Of a DNA stretch of 64,000 nucleotides, positions 51,335-64,000 are shown one piece after another (the first letter of the stretch is position 1; every line of letters begins with the position of its first letter). The notes beneath the pieces are model-generated. The model ran no database searches. It saw nothing but the letters and a program-made list of their open reading frames with translations, and was not told the DNA's origin. Made by a program: the position numbers and the translations under genes. The stretch is taken from positions 170,500,001 through 170,564,000 of the forward strand of contig NC_042999.1 of the NCBI RefSeq assembly GCF_006345805.1, in the 5' to 3' direction. This stretch comes from Octopus sinensis. Taxonomy: Eukaryota.

Positions 51335-51705
51335 CAAACTTACTCTGATTACATAGACTCAAAGACTTAGAGGGTAGAAGACGTTACAAGTCCGACAGCT
51401 GTTTCTGGGGCTCGGATTTACTTCATAATGTTGGCTGATCGAAATTTGCAGTCACATATGAAAGCAAATAAATATTGGTAAAATCCAGAGCCCCCTTTAT
51501 CAGGGTGGATAGATAAGAGCCTATTGTATCAGATCATTACGCAGGGAAAGGTCTAAGTTCAAATTCTGCCGAGGCCTACTTTGGTTTTTATCTCTTTCAG
51601 GATCTATAAAATAATTACAATTTGAGCATCGGGATCGATGTAATCGATTTGCCCTCTCCCTAAAATTTCTGATCTGCTGCCAAAATTTTAAGCCATTATA
51701 AGTGA

Positions 51706-51937
51706 ACTTATTTCTTTACTACCCACAAGGAGCTAAACACAGAGGACAAACAAGGAAAGACAAAGGGATTAAGTCGATTACATCGACCCCAGTGCATAAC
51801 TGGTACTTAATTTATCGACCCCGAAAGGATGAAAAGCAAAGTCGACCTCGGCGGAATTCGAACTCAGAACGTAACGGCAGACGAAATACCGCTAAGCATG
51901 TCACCCGGCGTGCTAACGTTTCTGCCAGCTCGCCGCC
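51706..51937 (-). mobile_element. SINE family A, full length
   Basis: Complete reverse complement from GGCGGCGAGCTGGCAGAAACGTTAGC to the 3' tail. Confidence 0.9.
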
Positions 51938-52614
51938 TTAAGGATCTATTATATTGAAGGATCATAACTTGAAGATTTGTCACGACAAGACTGAATTCTT
52001 TCTCAACGAATTTAACTATAGTTAAGTAGTGAGAAAAAAGGAAGAAAGAGAGAAAGAAAGAGAGAGGGAGAGGGAGAAGGAGAGGTAGAGAGACAGAGAG
52101 AGGGAGAGGGAGAGATAGAGAGACAGAGAAAGATTAATTAAAATTATTGTTGTACCGAGGAGAGAAAAATAAAGGATCAATTACAATGTTAATTAAATTT
52201 GGTGGAGGTAAAAATGTGATAACTCCAAAGTATTAATTGTTTAAAATTATAATTATGTATGCAATGAGAAGACAGAAATATTAGTTGGGGGGTAATAAAT
52301 AATATGATGTTGGCAATAACGGGAGCAATCCTGGACATGTTTTAGTTTTATTAGATTTTGTTAGTCTTTCCCAGTATGTGTCAGATATTTATAGTGATAG
52401 ACGATTACTATCCAGAGCAGGGCTTCTCCATCTTTTTTGCCCTGCGATGCGCTTCGATTTTTAAAAAATAAAAAACCCTGCGCCATACCATCAATCAGAC
52501 AAAGTTAGTATACAGTATATAGAATATACTTTTTCAATATCAGTGTCAATCGATACTGGAAAAAGTATATGTATTTGTGAAGGGAACCGACTTCTCATCG
52601 ACAACTATGATTGT

Positions 52615-52659
52615 CACACGCCGATGACGGGTCAATACCCTGAAACTCGAGTCCGTGTG
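52615..52659 (+). ncRNA. type I hammerhead ribozyme motif (CCGAUGA core) within a long rod-like hairpin (~52571-52704)
   Basis: CACACG-CCGATGA-C-GGGT-CAAT-ACCC-T-GAA-ACTCGAGT-C-CGTGTG; extended stem I CAACT/AGTTG and ATGAT/ATCAT; GUC site after 52653. Confidence 0.72.
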
Positions 52660-52844
52660 TATCATAAGTTGAAGACGGGAAGGATGGCTTCCCTTCGCAA
52701 ATACTGATAGGGCACAGAAAGTGTGTCTATAGCCAGCTGGAGGAGGTGTCCTCCTGGGGCTACAAACTACAGTAACATCCACCCTTAGGGGTTAGCCATA
52801 TTCAAATGGCAAATATACGTCACGATATATATATATATATAGAC

Positions 52845-53089
52845 GCGCTCTTTTAAAGCCTAGCCAGGCTCATGGGCCCGGTTTCCCGGTTTCTATGGCG
52901 TATGTGTTCTCCAGCTGGACGGGATGCCAGTCCATCGCAGCGTTACTCACTTTTGCCAGCTGAGTGGACTGGAGCAACGTGAAATGAAGTGTTTTGCTCA
53001 AGAACACAATGCATCACCCGGTCCAGGAATCGAAAGCACAATCTCACGATATTGATGCTGACACCCTAACCATTAAGCCACGCGCCTCC
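52845..53089 (-). mobile_element. SINE family C
   Basis: Reverse complement of the 25704-25942 family. Confidence 0.88.
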
Positions 53090-53435
53090 ACATACGGCAT
53101 ATAGGTATACTGAAAAAAATAGTTTAAAATCTTTATTCCAATTTTTTTCACGTTTGTTTCTTATTTACGTCCCATTCTGAGGTCACCTCAGAACGAGGCG
53201 AACATAAGATTGTTGCGCTCCATCTTGGCAAGAACTGATTAAAGATATACATGAGATGCGCACCTCTTGATATCTGATAATATGATACACCGTATTTACT
53301 CATGTATGAGGTGCACCCCTAATTTAGTGTTAATTCTTAGTAGAAAATTTTTGCCGATTCGCTAAGTTGCAAGAACGTAAACAAACCAACACCCGTTGTA
53401 AACTGGTGTTGCGGGACAAACACAAAACCAGACAG

Positions 53436-53470
<35 letters not shown>

Positions 53471-53473
<3 letters not shown>

Positions 53474-54318
53474 GGTGGTGTCCAAAAGTAACCGGAAATG
53501 TTCTCTGTGAGACAAACCCGTTGTAGTTCAGGCTTCTGCCGCTAGAAGTCACTTGATGCAACCCTCAGGCATCAGTCTGCCGACCGGAGTCGTCGTCGTC
53601 GTCTTCGGTCGTACTGTCACGTGATGCTTCTTTGCTTTCCAGTGCTTCTTTCCTGCACGTCGATTTTTTCGATGGCTGAAACGAAGGAACAGCGTGCTTC
53701 CGTGAAATTTTGTTTTCTTCTGGGGAAAACCGCAGCCAGAACAGTTGTCATACTTTAAACAGCTTACAACGACGCTGCTATGAGCAAAACACAAGTTTAC
53801 GAGTGGCTCGAACGCTTTAAGAATGGTCACTTGTCGCTTGAAGACCAACCTCGTTCGGGACGACCGTCGACCTCCTGAACGAATGAAAATTCAAGAAATG
53901 ATCTTGGAAGGCCATCATCGAATTGCCGATGAATTCTGAGCGAGGAATTACGAATGAAAAGAGTTTCAGCAAAATTTGTGCCTCACTCACGGAAGATCAA
54001 AAGCAGCTGCGACTGAATGCGTGTCGTGAACTAAAAGAATAGATGGAAGTTGTTCTGAGCCTTTTTCAATGGTCATCACTGGTGACGAAAGCTGTTGCTC
54101 CGGATTTTGCAGATATGGAAGAGGGGAAGAAAACACGATGGAGGCGTTAAAAGGCACAACTTCGCAAGAGTTCCAGCACTGCTTCGAATAGTGGGAAAAG
54201 CCCCTGGACCGATGCATTACTTCAAATGGAGAATACTTTGAAGGCGAAAAAGTGTAAACATGTGAAACAAAGTGAATAAAATAATATTGCGAAATTCCGA
54301 TTCCTTTTGGGTACTCAT
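53471..54318 (+). pseudogene. internally deleted mariner (irritans-like) with disrupted transposase
   Basis: ATG 53672: MAETKEQRASVKFCFLLGKTA..VYEWLERFKNGHLSLEDQPRSGRPSTS, then VSAKFVP, VITGDES and FQHCFE*WEKPLDRCITSNGEYFEG. Partial TIRs CCAAAAGTAACCGGAA / TTCCGATTCCTTTTGG. Confidence 0.85.
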
Positions 54319-54319
54319 T

Positions 54320-54416
<97 letters not shown>

Positions 54417-54840
54417 GCATATATATGTATATTTACACGATAGGCCTCTTTCAGTTTCCGTCGACTAAATCCACTCACAATGCTTTTGATCCTTTGCCCA
54501 GGAGCCACGCAATGGGACTGAACCCAAAACCATGTGGGTGGAAAGCAAACTTCTTACCACACACACACACACATACACACACACTCTCTCTCACACACAC
54601 ACCTGCATCTATAGAATACACATACGTATTATTATTATTATTATTATTATTATTGGGGCAAAATGCTTCGAGGCATTTCGTCCATCCTTACATTCTGAGT
54701 TCAAATTCTGCCGAGGTCGACTTTGCCTTTCATCCTTTCGGAGTAGATTAAATAAGTACCAGTGAAATACTAGGGTCAATGTGATTGACTTACCCCCTCC
54801 CGCCAAATTTCAGTCCTTGTACCTATAGTAGAAAGGATTA

Positions 54841-54896
<56 letters not shown>

Positions 54897-55433
54897 GAGT
54901 GAGAGAGCAGTGCATGCCATCAAAGTGACACTGGGGTAAAATATACGAAGCCCAGTATACCCACCATGACTACCCGTCTGATAAGGGTACACCAGGCACG
55001 TGCATCACAACCATATGTACGTGACATGGTGATCTCATACCAAGATAAACAGCGCATGACCTTGCAGGTGGGGCCCAGTCACAATTTTCTTCAGGTCGAG
55101 TAGCCCATTCGCTCAAAAGGTCCCTGAATAAGAACTGTTTAAGGATGTTGAACGAACCAACCATGTTTCCAAAGGTGAATTATTCAAACCCCAAAGAATT
55201 CCTCTCAACACATGGTTATGATGCTCCCCCACTGCTTCTGCTCGTGGTCAGAGATGCACATATTGTCAGCCACCAAGGGACATGCTCAAGTAGCTGAGGT
55301 CAAGCAACTAACAAGCAAATCTGTGGTATTGAGCAGAACATTTGCTGTAGCCTATCTTTTATACCAAGACAAAACAATGTGTATGATAACGCTTCCAATC
55401 AGTTAAGATTAGGAGCCATGAGAACCACTATCT
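54897..55433 (-). mobile_element. family E copy 5
   Basis: (ATT)n on both flanks; same subfamily as 22357-22825. Confidence 0.87.
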
Positions 55434-55434
55434 A

Positions 55435-55485
<51 letters not shown>

Positions 55486-55510
55486 TATTATTATTATTAT
55501 TATTATTATT

Positions 55511-55840
55511 CTTTACTCTTTTACTTGTTTCAGTCATTTGACTGTGGCCATGCTGGAGCACCGCCTTTAGTCGAGCAAATCGACCCCGGGACTTATTCTA
55601 TCCGGTTCTTTTGTCAAACCGCAAGGTTACGGGGACGTAAACATACCAGTATCGGTTGTCAAGCGATGTTGGAGGAACAAACACAGACACACAAGCATGT
55701 ACATACACGTACATATATATATATACATATACATATAAACGACAGGCTTCTTTCAGCTTCAGTCTACCAAATCCACTCATAAGGTTTTGGTCGGTCCGAG
55801 GCTATAGTAGGAGATACTTGCCCAATGTGCCACGTTGTGG
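55511..55840 (-). mobile_element. SINE family B, head truncated
   Basis: CTTTACTCTTTTACTTGTTTCAGTCATTTGACTG tail through TGCCACG. Confidence 0.85.
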
Positions 55841-55849
55841 GAATTATTA

Positions 55850-55921
<72 letters not shown>

Positions 55922-55929
55922 TTATTATA

Positions 55930-55998
<69 letters not shown>

Positions 55999-56904
55999 AT
56001 TATTATCATTATTATTATTATTATTATTATTTTAATTTTTGCTGCTCACTTATCCGAAGTCCTTAAATTCTCTCGTCAGTGGTAGTCAGATATATGGTTA
56101 AAAAAGCAAAAACAAAAAAACTAACAAAAGACAGAGACAGAGAACAACTAACGCGGTGTATTAGTTTGACGCTAAGGAAATATGGAAGAAGTCTTAAAGA
56201 AACCTCAACTTAAGAACTGTATGATACCTAAATTAATTATCCATTAGTGACCACTGAATAAACTTCTCCCTTATTTTCCCTGGACACCCTACATAGAGCT
56301 GGGACCTCATTTGCAAAATCGCTTTTGTTTGCTTTAATGAAATACACAGATATTCGTTTGTTTTATAGGCACATCGCTTTAAGACTCCCGTGTTTAACTC
56401 TAATGCCTGGATCTCGTCTTAAACATTAAAATTATCGATATATTTGAGTTGCTTTTAAAGCCTCTATCTTAGAATCATTTCTTTCGTACCTTCAATCTGT
56501 CATAGCATTCGATGCAGGGTTTGTACTCTCGTCTATGATGAATGAACCGATTAAAGAGAGCAGCTTCTACTATTATGTACCTTACATTAGCTTCTTCTTG
56601 TTCTTTCAATGTAGCAAATTTGTTTTGAAAGCTATGAGCTAGAGTAACAAACAAACAAACAAATAATGAAATGAAATAAAACGAATGTGTGTGTGTGTGT
56701 CTGATTCCTAACTCAGTGGGGTCTGCACCCTGCTGAGTTATACAGGTCAGTTCAGTTTAGCCATACAGCCAATCATAATAAGCTTCTTTTATAGTTTGGA
56801 AACGCTGTATATATATAAAATTTTATTTGAGTTGGAAACTTCTTTAAAGGATTAAAAGAAGTTAATAATTTGCCTGAATTTACTATCTTTAATTCACTGA
56901 TTAA

Positions 56905-56958
56905 ATGACTGGAGTTGGAGACGACCAGACTTCTGATCAACACGAAATGTCTTACAAG
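56905..56958 (+). CDS. candidate alternative first coding exon of the host gene (MTGVGDDQTSDQHEMSYK)
   Basis: ATG directly after an in-frame TAA; phase-0 donor AAG|GTAAAT compatible with the 59024 exon; AGCCAATCA at ~56768 and a TATA-like run at ~56810 upstream. Confidence 0.45.
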
Positions 56959-57127
56959 GTAAATCATTCCTTTCTAACGATTCAAACAGAATTTTAAAAC
57001 AAAAACAAACTTGTGAAGGATATCACACACTAGTTTAAAGAAACTTTATTTGATATCGTTTCTGGATAATGGTGTGTAAGAACATTTTGAATTTTCAAAA
57101 TTGTATGTATTTGTACACACACACACA

Positions 57128-57165
<38 letters not shown>

Positions 57166-57730
57166 ACACACACACATGCGTACCTATGTACATATACATA
57201 CATACATACAAACATACATAAAAGCCTATATTTTGTTTGATTTTATTATTAACACTCACATATGAGTTCAAATTCCGCAAGGGTCGACTTCGCCTTTCAT
57301 CCTTTCGGGGTCGATTAAAGAAGCACCAGTCATGCACTGGGGTCGGCAATCAATTAATCCCTTCCCCCAAATTTGAAGATTATTAACACACACACACACA
57401 TATGTGCTTCATTTTGCTATTTCATTTTGATTGCCTCCTCCTTCTCTCTCTTTCTCTCTCTCTCTCGAGTTATCTATTTACACACACACATATACACACA
57501 GACTTATACGCATATACACACATCCGCACGCGAACACACACACACACACACACACACATTACTTTTTCATATAACGACCTGAAATGACTTCCTTCTCTTT
57601 TTCATTCTTTTCTCATTTCCATTTATATTTATTTAATTTTTTTTTATTTATATATTTATTTATTCTTTTTCCTGGTCTGATGTTTTGGATCGCAGCCACA
57701 CTGTAGCGCCATCTTCTTATTTCAGTCTGG

Positions 57731-57761
57731 CACACACACATAGACACACACACACACACAG

Positions 57762-57795
<34 letters not shown>

Positions 57796-58008
57796 AGACA
57801 CACACACACACACACACACACAGGCACACAGACACACACACACACACACACACAGACACAGACACAGACACAGACACACACAGACACACACACACACACA
57901 CACACAGGCACACAGACACACACACACACAGACACACACACACACACACACCAGACACACGAACACACAGACACACACACACACACTCACAGACACACGA
58001 ACACACAG

Positions 58009-58050
<42 letters not shown>
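57731..58050. repeat. (CA)n with interspersed CAGA/CAGG variants
   Basis: Direct run. Confidence 0.96.
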
Positions 58051-58053
<3 letters not shown>

Positions 58054-58688
58054 ATGTGCTTCGGAGGAGTTTGCGTCCACCAAATTCCACTTACCCGGCA
58101 CCTACACGCCTAAAACTGCAAAAGAAGACATCATGCGCCCCCTGGCGCGTAGTAGGCTGTGTGGTAAGAAGCTTGCTTCCCAACCAGATGGTTTCTAGGT
58201 TCAGTCGCAATGTGTGGCACTTTGGGCCAAGGGTATTCTATTCTAGCCTTGATCCAACCAAAGCCTTGTGAGCGCATTTGACGGAAACTGAAAGAAGCCA
58301 GTCGAATATATATACAACAATACCTCACTTTATGAGGATTCGCTTTACGAGAGCCCGGGTTTACGAGTTTTATTTTTCAAGCACAAGATCCAAATATTGA
58401 ACGAAGTACAAAAGTTTCTACTACCATAACAAATGCTTCTGCGTGTTATCGAGACATTTATAGAGAGCGAAACAAAGCTTCCTCTAAGCAAACAAGTCTA
58501 GAGCTGCTTTTTTAAAAGAAATCTACAAGTCCGTCTACGAGTGCTTGTGAATCAGCGATCGTGTCTGGAAGTGATGGTGTACGCGTGTCTGTGGAGTGCT
58601 CAGCCACTTGCACATTAATTTAACGAGCAAGCTGTTCCGTTGATCGGATCAACTGGAACCCTCGTTGTTGTACCCGACGGAGTGCCAG

Positions 58689-58734
<46 letters not shown>

Positions 58735-59023
58735 CTATGTATGCATGTCTTTGTGTCTGTATTTGTCACCCCCACCACCACCGCTTGACAACATGCGTTG
58801 GTGTGTTTGCGTCTCCGTAACTTAGCAGTTCTGCAAAAGAAACCGATAGAATAAGTACCTGGCTTAAAAAACAAGTACTGTGGCAGATTCGTTCGTCCAA
58901 CCACATCGAACTATTTTATTTCATTCGTCACCAAAAACGATCGATTTTATTTCATTCGTCACCAAAAATGATCGATTTACGAAAAAATGTTTTATCTTGA
59001 TCTCACGATTCTTCTTCTTTCAG

Positions 59024-59123
59024 ATAAATCATTCACCTGGAAAATGGGCTGCCGAGAAGAACATTCCAGGTGATTCCTTGGAGGTGGATCTGTTGGAAGT
59101 GGCTAAACGCCTTATTGTTTTCG
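59024..59123 (+). CDS. internal coding exon of the host gene (INHSPGKWAAEKNIPGDSLEVDLLEVAKRLIVF-G)
   Basis: Strong acceptor TTCTTCTTCTTTCAG and donor TCG|GTATGT; only the phase-0 frame is open. Confidence 0.75.
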
Positions 59124-59246
59124 GTATGTGCTTATCTATTTACATATTTTGCTAACATGTATTGCGTTTTAGTGATAAAACATGAGTTTGTCACTAAGAA
59201 CAGAGGACTGATTGTGAATACGGAATATTATTAATATCCGGGTATA

Positions 59247-59748
59247 CCGTAAATCCTCGAGTATAGTCCGCCCTTGAGTATAATACGCAGGGGATTTTAG
59301 GGGACCGTACCTCTGAAAAACCTAAACCTTGTGTATAATACGCACTCCTTCTCTAACTTGAGTCAAGGAGGTCTATATCACGTCCTTGGTTTGTAAAACT
59401 GTATACGGTAACGTCCTTTATTATTATTGTATATATAACATAATGCAAACGTGTAGCTTTTTTGTTTGCAGAAAATAAAGAAATAACAGAAATAACGTTT
59501 AATAAATGTTGCTTATTGCAAGTTATGGATGATTCTTTTGTGACTTCATTGCTTTCAGGCTTAGCTTAAGGTATTTTCGCGCCCGACATCACAAAATGCG
59601 TCTGAATAAACATTGCCGGACAGCAAATAGAGACTCGGACATTGCTTAGAAAATAATTTTCATTTTTAACCTCGTATATAGTACGCACTAGGGATTTTGG
59701 CCTTTAAATTTTTTGGGAAAAATGCGGATTATACTTGAGGATTTACGG
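59247..59748. mobile_element. 502-bp MITE with CCGTAAATCCTC TIRs, TA TSD
   Basis: TA|CCGTAAATCCTCGAGTATAGTCCGC ... GCGGATTATACTTGAGGATTTACGG|TA. Confidence 0.85.
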
Positions 59749-59799
59749 TATTCTCAATGTTAAATGGAAGTCATAATGCCGAGGAATTAACTCGTAAAC

Positions 59800-60560
59800 A
59801 TTCTGAATGTTTTTAGGGGAATTTTGAGCCATTCTTCTCGTAGAACCTGCTTTAGCTCTTTCGGGGACAATGGTGGAGGGGAGCTCATTACTTGCTATTC
59901 CAGAGATCCAGTGATTGATAGGGACTAATTCAAGTGGTCTGTTTTACTCTTGTGCTCTTTGTGTCAATTTTGAATAACATTAGCTGTGAGAATCGGCGTA
60001 TTATATACCTGGAAAGATTTCACTACTATCAAGGAACAGGGTTTTTATCGCAGGATGGAGATGATCTGCCGAAATACTTAAATGATCCTTGATATTAACC
60101 CTGTCGTGTAGAGCAATGAAATGGTCAAGAGAATTTTCTGATATGGCTGCCCAAATCACCGCAGAGCCACAGCCTTATTTTACGGTAAAGACTCAGGACT
60201 GAAGGTTTCTTTGGGCTGTCTCCAGATATAAACTTGCCCTGAGGGAAAAATTCAATGATGATTCATCAGAGATGATGATGTAATGACGTGGCTCCATTGA
60301 GCTATTGACCACTTCCTCTTGTCTAGTCTCCGCTTTCCCCATTTATCGATGTTGATGGTGTACAGGAGAGGCTTAGCAATTGTAGCCTCCTCACGGAATA
60401 CAGTTTTATGGTTCACTCAATGGCTTCAGTTGAATCAGATTGGGCAAGGCACTGGTTTAACTCTGCTGTCACTTATGCTGTCGTAGTTCGATGGTTTTCA
60501 AATACAATACGTTTCACCATTCTGCGGTTTTCTCCGTGAGCCTTGTCTTCTGTCAAGAAT
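59800..60560 (-). pseudogene. decayed Tc1-family transposase
   Basis: Minus strand: DESSLNF, VYIWRQPKETFSPESL, GCGSAVIWAAIS, DHLHPAIKTLF, NTPILTANVIQN resemble the Tc1 DD34E domain. Confidence 0.7.
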
Positions 60561-60939
60561 TATACTTGCCAGAGATGGTTTTGTCTTGGTTTTGGAATGC
60601 CAGTACGATTTTAGAATTGCTGATAAAGAAGCTCTTTCTACACCACAAGGGTAGGGTCTGTTAGGAGTTACAAAATATTCGGCATCTGATATACAGTTTT
60701 GTTTCTTCTTTTGTTTTATGATGCAAAATTATGTTTGGTATTTTTTTGCTGCTGTTGTTGCTTAGGCAATATCGGATCTCAGAGAACAACCTTGTGATCA
60801 AATGCATTCAAGCTGTAATCGTCTCACCCTTTTTTTTTATTTATATATAAAAGTACCTACATTATCCATTCTAATGAATACAAGGTAACGGGGTATATTC
60901 CTAGCTATGATAGTTAAGTTTTTTTTTATATGGAAATAT

Positions 60940-61174
60940 ACTCTTTTACTCTTTTACTTGTTTCAGTCATTTGACTGCGGCCATGCTGGAGCACCGCCTT
61001 TAGTCGAGCAAATCGACCCCGGGACTTATTCTTTGTAAGCCCAGTACTTATTCTATCGGTCTCTTTTGCCGAACCGCTAAGTGACGGGGACGTAAACAGA
61101 CCAGCATCAGTTGTCAAGCAATGCTAGGGGGACAAACACAGACACACAAACACACACGCACACACACACATATA

Positions 61175-61215
<41 letters not shown>

Positions 61216-61403
61216 TATATATATTATATATATATATATATATACATATATACGACGGGCTTCTTTCAGTTTCCGTCTACCAAATCCACTCACAAGGCAT
61301 TGGTCGGCCCGAGGCTATAGTAGAAGACACTTGCCCAAGATGCCACGCAGTGGGACTGAACCCGGAACCATGTGCTTGGTAAGCAAGCTACTTACCACAC
61401 AGC
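60940..61403 (-). mobile_element. SINE family B, full length
   Basis: Complete reverse-complement match. Confidence 0.9.
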
Positions 61404-62164
61404 CAGGAAGTCTACTAAAGAAAATAGAGTGTGAAGGGAAAAATTTTTAAAATTTATTCGTATCTCCTTATTGTTGCCGTTGTTGTTGAGCTACTGCTAA
61501 TCCTGATTTAACAAACAGGATCAAAGGCATTCAAGACGTTACTTAGTTTATTGACATAAAACTACATTATCCAATGTATATCGGGCAGCAGGATGTGATC
61601 TGAAGGAGATTTAAGTGCTCTTTCTAGCAGATAAAATGATGGCGTAAAAGCACCTTCATTGGCTTGTTCTGGGCGAAGTTCTAAACGACTGTAGGAGAAG
61701 GGAACATTCTTGAAATCTCATGGTGTCAACTTTACCTAAAGTTTGAGCTCTCAGTTGTTGTATCAGCAGACAAAAGAAAGATTTCAACTATCTAATAATC
61801 TAAGGGATTATCGAATACAACGATAATGTGATGCAGTTTCGAATCAGAGTGTTTCTTCTAGGAGTCAGTATTCACACATGAATATGAGAGCCAGCAAGGG
61901 AACCATGTCTTTTAGACCAGTGGTTCTCAGTCATTTTTTGCCTTTGAACCCCATTGATTCCGATTTTATTCTACTGGATCCCCATGTTAAAAAGATCTTA
62001 TTATATTTTTATAATTAAATTTTATTAACAATTGTATATAAAAGGTTGTTAAAATACCTTGTGTATTGTTGACGTATAAGTAAATTATTGTTCATAAAAA
62101 GGTATCCCTCTCAGCACATGGCTCTGATGTTGCCCTACTACTCCTGCTCATGATCAGAGATGTA

Positions 62165-62520
62165 GGATCTTTTCGGTTTGAACGGCAGTTTTTAACATAA
62201 TTTCTAGGTAACTAAAAAATTTTAAACTTCGTATACTGATAGAATGTGTTTATAAAACATCTTTTCCTCTTGGCTTTATTGAGAAAATTCTATAGTTTGT
62301 AAGATATTTGGTCTCTAATTTCTTGTATTTCGGCAATTTCAACCAATCAATGACGTCTATTGAGGTGAAAACATTCTGTGCCGTATGAATATGTCCCTCG
62401 TTTAAGAAACAGATTGGGTTTATTTACATTTGTGAAGAAAAAAAAGATACCCTTCCCCCACCCCTAACCCTAACCCTAACTAACCCTATATCTATTTTAG
62501 ATTTAGGGTTAGTCAGAGGT
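62165..62520. mobile_element. one end of a GGATCTTTTC-TIR MITE with internal (TAACCC)n
   Basis: TA|GGATCTTTTCGGTTTGAACGGCAG; subterminal AAACTTCGTATACTGATAGA shared with the 32.2-kb element; CTAACCCTAACCCTAAC at 62464. Confidence 0.6.
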
Positions 62521-62856
62521 AAATCTATCTGAAATGTAATGGAAAGTAGATCAGTTTCAAAACATTGATATCCAGGCCAAAAGCAAAATTCGAAGGATAT
62601 TGTTGTAATTTCCTTTGATATCCAGATAGAAGCAAATAGGAAATACCAATTACTGACAAAAAACAAAAAACAATCAAACAAAAATTTACACAGAGCAAAG
62701 GGTTTTAAATGAGTAGTGCTCAGAAAATTAACATGTACCTTCAAAGAGAATTTTAAAAATTGAAATTGCGAAATCTAAATTAGGGTAGGTATGCTAAAAA
62801 TTGCCGTGGGAACAATCTAGTGTTTGTTGTTTTGTTCCGATAGATTATTATCATCA

Positions 62857-62915
<59 letters not shown>

Positions 62916-63026
62916 CTTTTTGCATGTCTTTTTTTTCTTCATTAATTTAAGTTCATCTCCTTTCAGTTACTAAAAAGACATTAACTTCTCATAAACAATA
63001 AAATTGGTTTTAACAATTTGCTTTAG

Positions 63027-63121
63027 AGTAAGACGAGGGATTGGCAGGAAATTGTGGCAACTGCGCAAGGTCATAAATTCAAAATTGTTGCAATTCAGAA
63101 TAGTTGCAATCGTGCCGCGTA
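63027..63121 (+). CDS. possible further coding exon (SKTRDWQEIVATAQGHKFKIVAIQNSCNRAA)
   Basis: TTTGCTTTAG acceptor and A|GTAAGT donor. The phase does not join directly to the 59123 donor, so an unseen exon would be needed. Confidence 0.33.
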
Positions 63122-63247
63122 GTAAGTCACAAAATCTACTCATTTCAATTGGCCTACCTTCCTACCTACCTACACACCTACCTACCTACCTACCTACCTA
63201 CCTACCTACCTTCCTACCTATATACCTACTTACGCACACACATACAA

Positions 63248-63280
<33 letters not shown>

Positions 63281-63834
63281 CATAAATATATACACACATG
63301 TAATGTTTGTGTGTGTGTATTTTGACAAATTTAAATAATTTTACTTACATGTTTTGGTGTAGAATTTTTTATATGTAACTATATTTGTTTGAATTTTTTA
63401 TTGTAAAGCGAAAACACGCTTAAAGTTGAATTTTTCCTGGTTCTATAAAGAGAGAAGGTTATGAAATTGTTTATTGATAATTTAAATTTTGTGACTTAAA
63501 AAAAATACTATTCTTATGTTTTACGTGATATGCTTCTGGGAGGACCCATTCAAATCCCTGCGCTGCTGTTGTTATCATGAGGTTATTCTCAAAGACCCTG
63601 ATGGATGGTTGTCTTATTCCTGTCTTACTGAGAGAATCCCCGCACCCCTTCTCTGCTGGTTTGACCGGCATGTTCATTACTAACGCAAAAAGAGACACTG
63701 ACATCGTTCACCCTCTTATCATCCCCTACTTCTAGTTGGTGCTGGTCAGATGTCAGCTGACCAGAGGAAACCCTCAATCTGAACCTGTAGGTCTTTTATG
63801 AAGTCTTTTATCTTTTGGGCTACATGTGTCTCTC

Positions 63835-63980
63835 TAGTGCAATACCAGAGGGCGCACACTCTCCAGGGATACAGGCATCCAGCAACAGGACCTACGTAAT
63901 GCCATGATAGACCGTGAAGTCTGGCGTAGCATGGTAAATTTCATTGTCTCGACCACGGTCGAACAATGATGATGATGATG
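63835..63980 (+). mobile_element. 3' end of an RTE-type LINE with (TGA)n tail
   Basis: SRDTGIQQQDLRNAMIDREVWRSMV..* followed by ATGATGATGATGATGA. Confidence 0.7.
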
Positions 63981-64000
63981 AGTGCAACTTCATTCAACTT

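Noticed and set aside
51385-51425. Minus-strand GAAACAGCTGTC half-hammerhead
   Set aside because: Core and stem II are missing or deleted.
56490-56638. Minus-strand exon candidate (HSFQNKFATLKEQEEANVRYII..CIECYDRLK)
   Set aside because: Plausible splice sites, but no recognisable homology or partner exons; an open frame of this length can occur by chance.
58914-58975. 31-bp tandem duplication upstream of the 59024 acceptor
   Set aside because: An ordinary slippage duplication; no evidence of an effect on splicing.
62464-62512. Telomere or chromosome-fusion site
   Set aside because: Only a few TAACCC units, inside a MITE end.

Overview
AT-rich, repeat-saturated eukaryotic DNA. The SINE set, microsatellite load and LINE types look like a coleoid cephalopod (Octopus) genome; that is inference from recalled repeat families. 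Most long ORFs in the track are microsatellite artefacts. Mobile DNA includes a nearly intact mariner, decayed mariner and Tc1 copies, RTE, CR1-like and R4/Dong-like LINE fragments, three non-autonomous Helitrons, TA-flanked MITEs and several tRNA-headed SINE families. One unidentified + strand host gene is supported: a first coding exon at 23887-24159, a probable alternative first exon at 56905-56958, an internal exon at 59024-59123 and a possible exon at 63027-63121. The most interesting signal is a set of type I hammerhead ribozyme (HHR) motifs in Penelope-like or retrozyme-like non-coding elements inside the host gene's ~35 kb first intron. The best case is a ~356-bp tandem unit at 39021-39768, preceded by an inverted partial copy. 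Each unit carries a complete HHR with a compensatory U3-A8 core inside a long rod-like fold, predicting a self-excised ~356-nt monomer or circRNA. A second family at 52.6 kb has the same fold with different sequence, and a third at 30.2 and 33.7 kb has a G3-C8 swapped core. Also notable are two RLE retrotransposon families sitting in different microsatellites, (AAT)n and (CATA)n, and a ~550-bp non-coding element that sits strand-specifically in (AAT)n. All folds were paired by eye; none was computed or tested.
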